Assembly: GCA_030295235.1 (NCBI GenBank)
Contig: AP026125.1
Coordinates: 868,001-932,000, forward strand
DNA length: 64,000 bases
Origin: Fistulifera solaris
Lineage: Eukaryota
Direction: 5' to 3'
Below the pieces are notes generated by a model. The model was not told the origin of the DNA, did not search any database, and saw nothing but the letters and a program-made list of their open reading frames with translations. This document shows, piece by piece, positions 38,069 to 51,099 of this stretch; position 1 is the stretch's first letter; every line of letters begins with the position of its first letter. The translations under genes were made by a program, and so were the position numbers.

Positions 38069-39335
38069 ATGTCACATACGCCCGACAATGGAGACGATGA
38101 ATTACTCGACACGGGATGTCTCGTGTGCGGAAAAGACGACCATCATGATAAGATACTTTTGTGCGACGCGTGCATGGGCGAGTATCACATGCATTGTTTG
38201 AAGCCAAAGTTGGATAAAATACCGAAGAATAAATGGTTTTGCGGTAAGTGCTGTAGTAATACTGTGATCAAACTACCGTTAACGCAATAAGTGACTCAAT
38301 GACAGCGCCCTTTCTTTAGATATTTGCAAAGGCGGCGTAGGAAAGACCACGGCGCAACTCGAGGAACTAGTTTCGGCGCTCCCTTCCGAATATAAGGCAC
38401 ATTTCGGTGAAATTTGTTGGGCACAAGGTGGGGTCGGATATGGATGGTGGCCTTGCTGTATTTTTTGATCCGAGATGGGCCAAAGGGAAACCTCTGGAAG
38501 AAGCGAAACGTCAACTGGGAAAAAAGTATCTCGTCTACTTTTACATGTGCACGGACTCTCCTTTCGCGCTACTGGCAGAGAATAAAACAATGCGCTGGCT
38601 AGAGGGATTAGCATGCAATTACTACCAAGGCAAGGCCGCCAAGAATTACAGCAAGGACCGATTTGCTTTATTTCAGAAGGCGTTGCTACTGGCGACAACT
38701 GAGTTCGACAAGTCTGTTTCTGAGAGGCACAAATCACTCAATCTTTCTCGTAAACACACTGCATTACCGCAACCAGGTCGTCCGATTCTTTCACTGAGCA
38801 AAGTTCTGTCGAAGCCTGCGGCAACCACTTCTGATTCTGATGCAAAGCGGAAACTGGTTTCCAATGATGAATCATCATCTTCGAAAAGAACCATATTGCA
38901 GCGAGTGGGCACCAAAAACATTATTCCTCGTCCTTCTCGAAACGGAAAAGAAAAGAGAATGACGAAGAAACACTATCAGAATTCAGAGCACGCAGATAGC
39001 TCAGAAGATTCCGAGTTGATTTGTACGGTGTGGCATGTCGCCGACGTTGATAACTTTGCAACGAGCACGCAAGTCGGTTTCGTGATTTTGGCCTCGATTC
39101 AATCATCCACATTTGAGGACGTTCGCACGTGCATTTCCCGTGAAATCGACGTACTATCGAAAACAACATGGCAGTTCTGGGTACCTTTCTTGGGCCCGGT
39201 CAGTCGCGCTCAAGAGCGACTGTTTGGGCCGATTCTGCCTTTTTTGCGAAACGGAAATTGGCCGGCGACACCATGACGGGAGATGGTACGATTCATCATC
39301 CACTTCGTCTTCATGTGATACAATTAGACAAGTAA
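38069..39335 (+). CDS. PHD finger + PWWP chromatin-reader protein; intron ~38244-38319, frameshifts near 38465 and 39255 (3' end uncertain)
   Basis: CLVCGKDDHHDKILLCDACMGEYHMHCL.P.L..IP...WFC. Exon 2 reads FGEICWAQGGVGYGWWPCCIF, continuing FDPRW...YLVYFY. Confidence 0.8.
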
Positions 39336-39439
39336 GGGTCGGAGCAAACATTATAGCGCGAAGTTTCAAACAAAACGTTCTACTTTTATCATTTTTCTGG
39401 CCGGCAAAAGTGCGACGCACACAACCTTTGCTAGTTTCT

Positions 39440-42400
39440 CTAATCGTCCCCTAGAGCAATGAAAACATCCTCGAGTGAAGACTGTGACAGCAAGAACTGA
39501 TTGATACCGCCTTCGTTGGCTGTATCTTCTCCGTAGAGCACGCGGAACACATCGGGTAAATTGATATCCCGGGGTAAGGCTATACGGAGAGTCTTTGCTT
39601 GGCGATTCTGAAGAACAGCATCCTTGTGCAATCGACTGCGTACAAAAGCTAATGCCTTCTCCTGATGCGCTTTGGAGCTTTTGGTCAAGTTCAATTGTAG
39701 CAGATATCCAGAACCAAAACGATCCTTAAGAGCTTGCTGAGTACCAATTACCTTCAAGCGGCCATTTGACATGATTGCTATACGATTGCAAAGCGTATCG
39801 GCTTCCACCATCATGTGCGTCGTAATGATCACGGCGCGATCCGTCGTAGAAAAGGAGTTAATTAAGTTCCATATCGAGTTCCGTGTTGACGGATCAAGAC
39901 CTGGCGAATTAAAATTGTCAAAGCAAACCTTTATAATTAGAGACAAAAATGGTGCACCTCCAATACATGATGCGACGTGATAACGTACCGGTGGTTGGTT
40001 CATCAAGAAGTAGCACTGCCGGCGCACCTATAAGCGAGATTGCAATTGATAACCGACGTCTCATTCCACCGGATAAACGCCCACCCCTTCTGTGATAAAA
40101 TGCAGGTGTTCCTAAACCTACAGCGCAAGCGGTCGAGTGGGCAACGTGTCGTACCTGGTTTATTGGTAAACCTTTTAGCAGCGCGAAATATTCAAGATGT
40201 CTTTGCACTGTTTCTGTGGGGCAAATGATATCGAACTGCGGACAGTTGCCGAGACGTTCGAATACGTTCAACGTTTCCGTAGAAACATTGTATCCCGCCA
40301 CAAGAGCAAGTCCATCTGTGGCGTCGTGAGAACCTGCCCAAATTTTTATTGCTGTTGTTTTTCCTGGAATGCAAGACGAAATGATTCAGTGAATCACATA
40401 AAAATAGGAAGGACAATAAGATCACGACTGTACTAACCTGCTCCATTTTTTCCCAGCAATCCCAGTACTTCTCCTCGTGGCACATGTATATTCAGCGATT
40501 GAAGCGCAATTTTAGGTGGAGCGCCACCAAGACTGGGGTAGATCTTGCGAAGGTTATACGAGAGCACCGGTGGTATGCTATCTCGAGAAACTAGTTCAGT
40601 ATCCACTTCCAGTTCAAGTAGATTGTCCATGTATGGCAAACTGCCTTCGGCCAGCGGTTCGTTGCCGAATCCATCCACCGCTCCATTATCTGCTTCACCC
40701 TTATCAATTAAAACTCGAACAAACGATTCGACGACCGCAGTCTCGTCAACCACTTCTTGAAGGATATCATGAGTTTGTTTTGTATCTTGCACGTTCGCTG
40801 TAATTTTTGCATTGAATAGACAATCCCAAGCTTGTTTTACCTTGCTGCGAAGATGACGGGATGTTTTATTGGGGAAAGAGAACAATGAAACGAAGCAGAA
40901 GCCCATCAGCATCAGAATGAAGGCCCCAATGGCCATAAAGCCCATAAAAGAGAGATATTGTTCTCTTGCAAATGGAAATTCACACACGTCTCCGTCGCAT
41001 TGAACATCGCTTCCCAGAGAGGGTATAAAAACAGAGGTCGCATAGTCCGGTGGATCGGAAACGAAGAGGATGTTACCCAAAAGAGTTGCAGAGATCATGT
41101 GGAAAAGTCCAAGCTGGGGAAGCATAGCAGCATAACTTGGCATACATAAACTTCCTAGAGCATCTGCGTTTACTTGTACACCAATGCAGTTCAAGAAGGA
41201 CGAACCTTCCTTGCTGGTAGTGTCACAAACAGTCTCGACGCATTCGTCGGTAAAACGAGGTGCTAAGAGGAAGTAGGAGATGATTGGAAAGATACCAGCC
41301 AGTAGGCAGGCAGTCGCCACAAGCACCAAAGCAAGCTTATGACCTGGAACGTAAGCGCTAGCGAACACCGCACCAGGGGCTGTCAAAGCAAACATGAATG
41401 CAGCACCAAAAAGCATCCCATAACCACCTGCCTTCCAAGTGGCGTAAATGTAAACGTCAGGATCTTTTACATCGACCACAAAACCTCCTGATATGCGTCG
41501 ATTCCAAGACCATCGTTGTTCGCACGAATCGGTGTCTCCGCAAATAACAGGATCGCGAAAAAGACCGGGCAGGTACATAGCCGTCAGCATGACTAATCCA
41601 AACAGAAATTGTACCAGGAATGAATACAATCCGTACCCACAAATGTAGGACGACTTCAAAAGACCTTGCGCCTTCATCAAGTAGAACAAACCCGTACTAC
41701 GATCGCGATAGATCGGAGTTACAAGCGTGATTATTGTCATGGATAGGAAACATACTGGTCCGACCATAAAGGGTACCGCCGAGGTATTATTTGCTCGGAC
41801 AGTCAAAGTTAGCGCTAAAACTACCAAGGAAGCATGAAAGAACCACCCAGTCCATTTCCCCACCCAATGACGAGAAGATGAAAAGTACAAAAGAGCTACA
41901 GCCTGTTTCCACGTGCTTAACATGGGATGGAAGGCAGCTATCTTGTCTGTGTCAACACCAACAGCTTGCACAGCACCGACAACTTCATTTTCGTAATTAT
42001 CAGCGTCATACGCGTTTCGTCGTGGACAACAACAGCAGCAAGTGTCCACCGCCTCCCTTACAGGCATTTGATCACCTCCGTCGCCCTGCGTTACCTTTAA
42101 AAACACTTCTTCAAGTGAGCTGTTTGAAAATCCCCACTCCTTCACGCCAGAACTGTCCTTGTCGTCAAGCCATCCAACGAAGTCAGCCAAAGCGACTACG
42201 TCGACACCCTCTCTATCATCATTCCCTTTTATCTTTCCTATTTTCACCGTAATGTTTCCAGCATCTCCGCAAGCAAAAGATATGTCTTTGTAAAACTCCT
42301 TAAAATGAGACAACACTCCGTCTTGTGCAGTTCGTACGTTCTCTTTTTCAACCAAAAGAGTGAATTGTAAGGGCGACCCATATTTAGATTTGAGCTCAAG

Positions 42401-44935
42401 GGGTGTGCCATATGCGGCAAGTTCACCTTTTCGCATCACCTGCACAAACCAGTCAATATCAATCTCATCGTAAGACAGACGATATCCAGCACTGATGAGG
42501 TTCGAACATAACTTACAGCTACAACATCCGCTAATAGATCAGCTTCTTCCATCGCATGCGTTGTCAGAAGTACAACTCGACCTTCTTTTATTTCATCAAT
42601 ATGACGCCATACGGCACGCCGACTCAAAGGATCCATGCCTTTGACGTCAAAGTTCACGGGCGTCGAGTTAGAAAACACAGATAAAGTAAAATGTAGATCG
42701 ATTTACACAATGGCTTACCAGTTGTGGGCTCGTCGAGAATAATTAGCGGGCGCCCTCCTATGGTGGAGCATGCCAGAGATAACCTTCGTTTCATACCTCC
42801 TGAAAAGAGGAACTATATTGATTCTGGACAATCTCCAAGTCTACGCTGACAAGCCAGCGCTGCACCATTTCAGGTAAGCTATGCGAGGGGACACCCCGAA
42901 GCCCCGCAAATAACTCCAGATGCTCCTTTGCAGTAAGATCGGGATAAAGAAAATCATCTTGCTTGCAGACGGAAACCAATTTGCGAACCGTGTCGGGATC
43001 GTCTGACACTGAATGCCCAAAGACAAGAATGTCGCCGTCCGTTGCACCAACTTCGCAACCGAGAATGTGTGACAACGTTGTCTTTCCAGCTCCTACAAAG
43101 CGACGCGAATCAGAAATGGAAAGATGTCAAACGGTAGAAACATCTTTAAGTCTTACCGTTGTGCCCGAGTAAAGCCGTTATCTCACCAACAGTCATCGTC
43201 ATTGTCACGCCTTTTAATGCATCAAAGTTCCCATAGCTTTTACGGACGTCGTTGACTTGTACAACATCGCCTTGGACCGAGTCCTTCTCCTTTGAGGGGC
43301 TGAGCCAGTACGAGGGAAGGAGAAAGAAATAAAATTTGCGAGGAGCCCCGTTCTGTTCATTAATCAAATGGGAAAGGGGTCCGCATTGTGAGAATGCGCC
43401 ATGCAATAGCAAGAAAAGAACGTTCTAACATACCCGTCCAGGACGAACTTGTGCGTAGTAGGAGGCCATCAAAGTGTAGATTACCGAGAGGCAAAACATA
43501 ATTCCAAACAAACCGTTGACCGATGGAGTTTCGGTGGGAGACTGCTCCACCACTGCTGGGCAATTTAAAGAATCATCTGCACAAATGTCTTCCAACATGC
43601 TTGATGGAGGACAATTTGAGTATTCGAAACTCGGAGAAAATTTCGTTTCGACGTTTAAAATGGTACCTTGAGGGAAGAGTGTCGAACGGTTATCGTCCTG
43701 AAGGGGAAAGGGCAGGGAAGCGACAGCCAAAGCTTCCGATGACATGGAAGCATGTTCAAGCTCAAACTTGCGATTGGGCATGCCCGTATAGCCTAAAAAG
43801 TTGCTCCACGCACCGGTAAAGTGAACATAAGGAAACCAGAAAAGGATGAAATTACCAACACGTCTATCTTTGTTCCAAATCAATGTCGTGTATCCCGCAC
43901 CGAAATAGCAACCCACAAAAAATTCGCCGTCCGGAAACTCCGACCGATCCGTACGAAAGATTTCGCCTTGGATCTTGCTGACAATCGGGACTTCGCAGGT
44001 TGTATTTATCGCTTGCCTCTCAGTCTGCATGTTGGTCCAAAACAATGACAAGGGCGTGCCATAATTGTGGTTCACATCGCCCGCCGTAAACACAGTTTTG
44101 GTTGAAATAACTTGATGCAGATAGACGGACCATTGAGCCACTAGGATAAGTATAACGAGCCATGTTGCAGTGCCACTTCGCGAGGTTCCACAAAGAGCTG
44201 CCAAGAAGAAGGAAGCGCCGACAAGTGCAATATTCAAAAAAAGGAAAGAGCCAAAGATACCCATGAAAAGACGTTTTCAAAGGCATGAATAGACGATAAA
44301 CTCTTTGCGGTGATAGCCGCTCCAAGAGAATTTACCAACGACGTTAAAATGAAGGGTATCCACCACGACATCCAAAAGACGCTCTCCCGCATTCCAGCTG
44401 CTCTTAACACTCCTAGCATTTGGTTCTGAATATCGACTTGAATAATAACAAGGACCAAGATAGAGTGAAACATGGGGCCAAATGCTGCAATGACAAATTC
44501 CTTCGTTAGAAAATTTTTCCAGAAAACACAATGAACAGAATAAACAGAGCTACGATCGTACCCATGACGGTAACAGGGAATCCTAGGTCCCAATGCATAT
44601 TGTATGAAGTTGGAACTTCGACAAAGCTTCCTCCAAACTCGATTTCGTTCAAATAGTCCTGATGGACCGTTCCGCATCGCGTCAAAGGCACCGTCCCGAA
44701 ATCGACTTCGTACTCATTATTGGAGCTGGTGCTGTAAGCGAGTAGAACCGACCCAACACTGGACAGGCACATTAGGGCCAACTGCACAGGACGACGACTT
44801 AAAAGCAGCATATTTTTCTTGACTGCCACAGTAAGCTGTCGAAACCATGGTACGTGCTCTATCTTTTGTCGAACTGGAAGGCTTGGCAGAACGAGCATCT
44901 TCGATATCTTCTTCTGCGGGCGAGGGGTCTGTCAT
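39440..44935 (-). CDS. Full-length ABCA-family transporter (TMD-NBD-TMD-NBD), multi-intron, several apparent frameshifts
   Basis: NBD1: [50 protein letters not shown]2: [52 protein letters not shown]-terminal SLEDVF. Confidence 0.92.
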
Positions 44936-46710
44936 TTTTCAGACGGTTGCGAATGAAGAACGAAATCGTCAGTCCTCTATCGTTTTCGATTGCGTATTTT
45001 CCTGCTCGTCACTAAACAGGTGCGTATTGCGTATATAGCAATGCTTGTTGCGTGCCTCTTGCTTCCGAATGAATGAATAATTATGCCAACATACACGCAT
45101 ACAAGATGACAATGCATGCATGATTTTTTCCATCGTGTTTTGTCACGGTTTGAATAAACGCGTCTCTCCATCATTGGAGTATACCCTTTAAAGTGTGTGT
45201 GTCTTTTAACATACAGTTACAAAGTATAGTACAGGTTCTACGTGGAGCTGCGTGAGTCCTGGAAGGTGTAAATCTTTTATTAGTCACGAGTTTGAAAGTG
45301 GGTCCAGTCTGTCCGTGCTTCCTCAACGACATTTTCGGAAAGCACTGCGACATCTCAAAAACATGGAGTACCGCTACGAAGTAGACAATACTTTCAAAGC
45401 TAAGATACACCTTCCTCCCACTTTTTGGGCATACTGTGACTAAACCGTGTTTTTTGGCCAAAAAACGCAAGGGGGTTGCCCAGGGAGACACGGGAATGCA
45501 CCTCTGCTTGGTACATTTTTCTACGGGGGCCTACGTGAGTGTACACTTTTTCCCGAACCTTCCAGGAAAAAGTTGGGGCTCATTTCGTTGCAACTTTTGT
45601 CGAGTAAATCGACGACCTTTCGATAAGTTTTGAGTCAATGACTTAAATTCGTAATAACTATCGTAACTCATGGTAGGGTGATCATATGGAGCTAGACGAC
45701 GGCGACAACTGTCGCTGAATTTCCTGTTTCTAGACGGGTTATGATGACACATTGGCGACGACGCGTGATCGACACTTTGTTAATCGAGGGTCGTCGTGAA
45801 GCCTTTTCGCTCCCTTTCCATCGTTTTTTCAATTTGACAACACCGAAAAGTTACCAGCGGAACTTCTAGCAGTCACGCGCGTTTCCTTGGTCATCTCATT
45901 GAACATAAGCGTTTTGTCTGCTCGTCAACGATGCCACGCGCATCTTTACAGCTTTAAATCTGCTAGACGCCGCAAATAGAGAGAACGAAACAGATGATGC
46001 AACAGCTGATTGAAACAAGGAAATCGATTGCTACAAACTGAAAATCGGATGTGTACGTTTTATTCACTATTGTATAACTCCCTGGTAGTTCTTGCGAATA
46101 TCTATCGGGGGCAAATGCCAGTCCAGCTTGAGCAATTTCCTGCTTTCTGCCCGCGTTGCGGACAAAGTGGAAGTCACAGCTATGAACGTTTGGCGAAGTA
46201 GGTCCTCACTCCTGACAGAGAGCCTTCGCAAAGGCACCAACTTTTCGGCCGAGACAGTCGCCGCTTGCGCATCATCGTCGTTAGGGCAGAGATGGCAGTC
46301 GGGTTATACAAAAAACAATGGATCGCGTTGGCCTTTACTGTACCCGCTACACAGACTATTCATGATTGCAATTCAAGTGGAATATCTCGACTACTTTATC
46401 GGTGGTCGAACAGTCGAGGATACTCGTGAAACATGAAAGGAACGCTTACGATGCCTCCTCCTGATGTGGCCTGAATGTCTCATTGCCATGGTTAAGCGCC
46501 AGGTCCTTGCTGGAAGTATCTATTGCAGCAATTTGAGTTGATTCGATTGATGCGTATTGCACACCGCTTATTTTACAAGAAGACTTATTTTCGATCGGGA
46601 GAAAGCTTTTTGACAATTAATTGTAGGTGTAGGTCCTTCATCACATAGACAACGTTAATAATCATAAATCGAGTGATATTAAAACCTAAACATCTTAATC
46701 TTTTTCAATT

Positions 46711-47858
46711 TTAACTAGTGGGTTTAGGAGCAGCGCTTGCCGCATCTTCCTGTCCCCTCTCTCCCAGCCTTCCTGTTTTCCCTTGATCCATTTGTTCGTA
46801 GGTTTGCCCCATGGCTAGACCAGCTGAATTCTGTTTCTCTCCAGGGAGTAATTGTTGCATAGTATGGTAGACGGCATTTATTATTTCATCCGAAGGCGGA
46901 CCCTCTTGATCGGTCCGTAGTCGTGACAAGGCCGTCTCCATGGTCGTAGCCGGAGGGTATCCTGCCACCGCCACCACTTCAAAGGTTTTTCCCACAGCCG
47001 AGGGTGTCGTCAAAGCATCCACCAGAATGCGCGCTACATCTTTTCGATTGATGCGTCCCACTGCCACATCCCCTTGACTGAAGATGGGCCGTGACCCCGC
47101 CGGCCAATCGTCATTGAGACCCGCCGGTCGCACAATCGTGTACGGTACATTGCATTCATTGCATGCTTCGCGCAGTCGTTCTTCGCTTTCTCGCTTGACA
47201 TCCAAAATGCCAAACGGATTGAGTCGAACAATGGGAATGTCGGCGGCACCAACCAGTCGCTTCTTTTTGTCGTCCGACCAAGTGGGTCTTGTGACACCCG
47301 CTGAGCTGCACACGACGAGTTTGGGTAAACCGTCGTTGTTTTTGTTTTTCGATAAGGCTTGAGAAATGTTGGGCAAGGCGATGAGATCAATGGATCGTTT
47401 GGGTAAAGAGCCATTCCCAACAAGGATCGGATTTTATCCATCCACTATTGAGAGGGATTGTTGGAAAAGCCCGTCGCACACCAGATTGTCGCATCGACCC
47501 CTTCCAAGACTTGTTCGAACGACGTTCCGAAATCGGCCTTGACAATTTTCAATTGGGGCGAACTAACGGGGAGTACTTGTCGCGCTTTTTCTTCGTCGCG
47601 TACGACGGCCACGACTTGCGAAACTCCTTCGTTGAGGAGTGTCTGTACGACGACTTGCCCCGTGCGACCGGTTGCACCCGCTACAGCCACACTTTTCACG
47701 ACCGATTTCAATTCTTTGGGTACAAAAGGATTGGTGTCTACTACCGGAGTTGTTGGGGCAGCTGTCGCCACCGTCGAGAGAAAAGGGAACGCATTGAAGC
47801 TGAACGATTCCGTATTTGTGATAGCAATCAGCAACGCAAAGACATGAACCAGCTTCAT
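46711..47858 (-). CDS. Atypical short-chain NAD(P)-binding Rossmann protein (Tic62/NmrA-like), likely plastid-targeted; frameshift near 47420
   Basis: VAVAGATGRTG, VCSSAGVTRP, RLNPFGILDVKRESEE.LR, YTIVRPAGL, QGD...GRINRKDVA, GKTFEV. Signal peptide followed by TES-FSF. Confidence 0.8.
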
Positions 47859-48703
47859 GGTCAGTTGTGTCAATATATAAGTGAACGAATAGCTAAGATA
47901 CTTCTAGTTGGTACCTTTGTAGAATCCTTTTCTCTTTTTGTCGAAACGATAAGTTTGCGTCATGGTTGTCGGAGTGCGGGCGAAATACCTGGTAAGCTTA
48001 TTTTGTTGGTCTCTTGTCAGTCACATTTTTGGCTGCGTCAGTCGTTGTTTATGACGTCATCCTGATTAAAGCTTTCTGTACTATAGTCAAAAGTGTATGT
48101 CAACTTATCCAAGACTGCATCTCAGTCATGAATCAATATTCTCTTGAGCGGCAATGTTACTTACAGTTCGTTCGTTTGCCAATTATTCTGAGCTACATTT
48201 GCCGTTATTTCGATTACATAGGCTTTGAGCAGCGTTTGAATTGGACTCTCCGATGTTTTAACGTCGAAAAGACTACGAAACGTTGTCTTCCGTATTTACT
48301 ATCGACCCAAAGTGTTGGTTCAAGGAAACCACGACTGCATCTTGGTCATGAGTCATGAATCAATATCATTATTATTTGTCTGAGCCAGATTGTCACCTCA
48401 TCAACATTCCCTAGACCTAGCACCAATACGATGATCCACTTTTTCAATATTCAATAACACAGTTAATCATTTTCCGCCTTGTAAGGTGCTAGCCAACACT
48501 TTTACAGTACTAGAGTAACTGGTGGCGGTTGGTGTCGCACTGTAATATCTCAAACAGTGGAGCAAGCAAATGAACCCCAACTCTTGATGAAGAACAAAAA
48601 TGAATTCTTTTGCTAACGACAAAACGACGACACACGCTTTAACTTTGACGACCCTTTCCTTGCAACGAGGAACTAGTTGCAATCATTGCACATTATACAA
48701 AAC

Positions 48704-50068
48704 ATGCGCTTCACAGCTCTATTACCTTTCGTTCTCCATTCGACAACATCAGCATTCTCGACAAAACCTTCCGCAGTTCTAACAACAATGCAGCGGACAT
48801 TTTATCAACGACCCCTGCCCACGTCGTGTACCGCCTTTTCGTCCGAACAGGGAAAACTCTTTTTCCGATCGGCTCTTGAACACAACGGTCTCAAGTCTTT
48901 TTATTCACTCATTGAACAATATTCGACACAAACGGAACCGGCGTTCTGTGGTTTAGCGACTCTGGTGGTGAGCTTGAATGCACTGGCCGTCGACCCCCGA
49001 CAAGTCTGGAAAGGTCCCTGGCGCTGGTATGAGGAAAGCATGCTCAATTGCTGTCTCGATTTGCATATTGTTAAAGAGACGGGAGTCAATTTACGGCAAT
49101 TTGAATGTATGGCGCACTGTCAAGGGTTGGCGACCGAGTTGTATTATACTGACGAAACGGGTTTGTCAGAGTTTCGAAATGCGGTGCGGCGGGCTTGTGT
49201 GGAGGATCATAGGGATGATCCCCATTCATCATCTCCCATTTTAGCAGTCTCCTATTCACGTCGAGTACTTGGACAGACTGGATCGGGACATTTTTCACCA
49301 GTCGCCGCTTACGATCAAGTATCGGATCAAGTTCTCATTCTCGATGTTGCTCGCTTCAAATATGGAGCCCATTGGGTGCCCTTACCACTGCTGTACGAAG
49401 CCATGCAACCATTGGATCCCGATACGAGTCGTTCACGTGGATATTTGCTCCTCTCGGGACCACCGCAACATGCCAAAAATGGTGATGACAAAAACGAACG
49501 GAAGGAAACACTTCAACCGGCTCTACTTTTATTCTCGCCCATGGAACAACGTGATGCTCGACAAGCGTTCAAAAATAGGTTTCTGGTAGATCAGCGGTTG
49601 GAACCTACTTTTGGGCAGATTTTGGACTATTGTACATCGGGTGGAAAAGATTGGGGGAGGTTATGGGAGCTGACTCAGGTACAACTACGACCATGCGTCG
49701 AAGATAACGCAAACGATCAAACGATATCTATACAAGATCTCGTCGACAAAATGGTGGAAATCTTAGAGGATCTTGTCAGATCGGAAAAAGGCCAAGCTTT
49801 CGAAACAGCCCAACCAGTTGAAATGGAGAAGGACGGTTGTTGTCGTAGCAAATGTCGTCCGAATTTCGGACGAACACATCCAGTGACTGCTACTCAGGTT
49901 GCATACTTGGTGTATCTGTCTGTATTGGAGGAGGATAAGCGACGGGGACTTTTGTACTCTGCTGCCGACGCGACTTCTGTCGTCGACGGGGTGGCACGGG
50001 ATCAGTTGTTGCACGAAGCTCATTTGCTTCGAACTGCGCTTGACGTGAGTGATACAGATGTATTGTAA
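48704..50068 (+). CDS. PCS: Phytochelatin synthase (glutathione gamma-glutamylcysteinyltransferase), intronless
   Basis: FYQRPLP, TQTEPAFCGL (catalytic Cys), LNALAVDP..WKGPWRWYEESMLNCC, GQTGSGHFSP (His), LILDVARFKY (Asp), and a C-terminal CCRSKC motif. Confidence 0.95.
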   Translation: MRFTALLPFVLHSTTSAFSTKPSAVLTTMQRTFYQRPLPTSCTAFSSEQGKLFFRSALEHNGLKSFYSLIEQYSTQTEPAFCGLATLVVSLNALAVDPRQVWKGPWRWYEESMLNCCLDLHIVKETGVNLRQFECMAHCQGLATELYYTDETGLSEFRNAVRRACVEDHRDDPHSSSPILAVSYSRRVLGQTGSGHFSPVAAYDQVSDQVLILDVARFKYGAHWVPLPLLYEAMQPLDPDTSRSRGYLLLSGPPQHAKNGDDKNERKETLQPALLLFSPMEQRDARQAFKNRFLVDQRLEPTFGQILDYCTSGGKDWGRLWELTQVQLRPCVEDNANDQTISIQDLVDKMVEILEDLVRSEKGQAFETAQPVEMEKDGCCRSKCRPNFGRTHPVTATQVAYLVYLSVLEEDKRRGLLYSAADATSVVDGVARDQLLHEAHLLRTALDVSDTDVL

Positions 50069-50648
50069 TAGTTAACATCCTTATTTGTTTATTACCACGT
50101 ATGTGAACAGATTACGTTAGGCTTCAAAATAGCTAGAGTCAGATTTTTTTTTGCTAGCTGTGACCTTGCTCTACGTTAGAGTAAAGTATTCGATTTTCAA
50201 ATCCACAAGGATTTGCAATCTCAGTAACTGCACACTGCAAAGCGCTTGCATATATAGCTTACTAAGATTTTTGCAACTAAATAAAGCCATCATATGCTGA
50301 GCAGAACTTTTTTGACCATGTCGCATGCGAGAAACGCCTTGACGGATCCGGCGTTGTTCTGACTCATGACTGGAAATCCAGTCTTGTACTCTAGAAATAC
50401 GGACAACACTCAAGATCATTGTCAACTGGAGGGATCGAAGAGGAAAATAACAGCTACCGCGCAGTACAATGCAATGGAGAATAATTATTTTTTGACAACA
50501 AAAAATTGCAATCATATGCTGAGCGGCAAAAGTTTACCAGGTATCACGTCGCAAGCGAGGAGAACGAAACCGATCCGCTGTCGTTCTGGCTCATGACTGA
50601 AAATCCAGTCTTGTTGAAATACTGAGTCCACTCCGGACTTGGCTCCAG

Positions 50649-50735
50649 CGAAATAAGGCAGTGGTGTAAAATTATGACTACAAGTGTTACATCTACCACG
50701 GAGGCTTCCCGTCTGTACTACACTCGGTTATTTCG
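50649..50735 (-). repeat. 3' LTR (87 bp), preceded on the minus strand by a short polypurine tract GAGGGGA (~50737-50743)
   Basis: Near-identical to 57387-57474. The adjacent + strand 'gtcccctc' reads GAGGGGAC on the minus strand. Confidence 0.9.
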
Positions 50736-51099
50736 GTCCCCTCACGATGAGACCCGAGCTAGGGCTTCAACGTGTCCTTCATAACCGATAAACCCTTATT
50801 TCATGGAAAAACAACATAAAAACCATGACGATTCATTCATCGAATCCATCCTTCATCATGTGGAAAATACATCAAAACCACACATCGACTTGTCCGTGGA
50901 AAATACGTCAAAACCACGTATCAAACTTGAAACTTCAATCACTGTACCTGGACGAAAAACTTATCCCCAGGAGGCTCATCCCATCGGAATAGTAAACATA
51001 ACTACCCAACCAGTGCATCGGGACCTATCGCCTGCATCACTGATGTAAAATACGCTTCACCAGTGGATCTCGTACATTCCCAGCTTGAATCTTCGTCAG

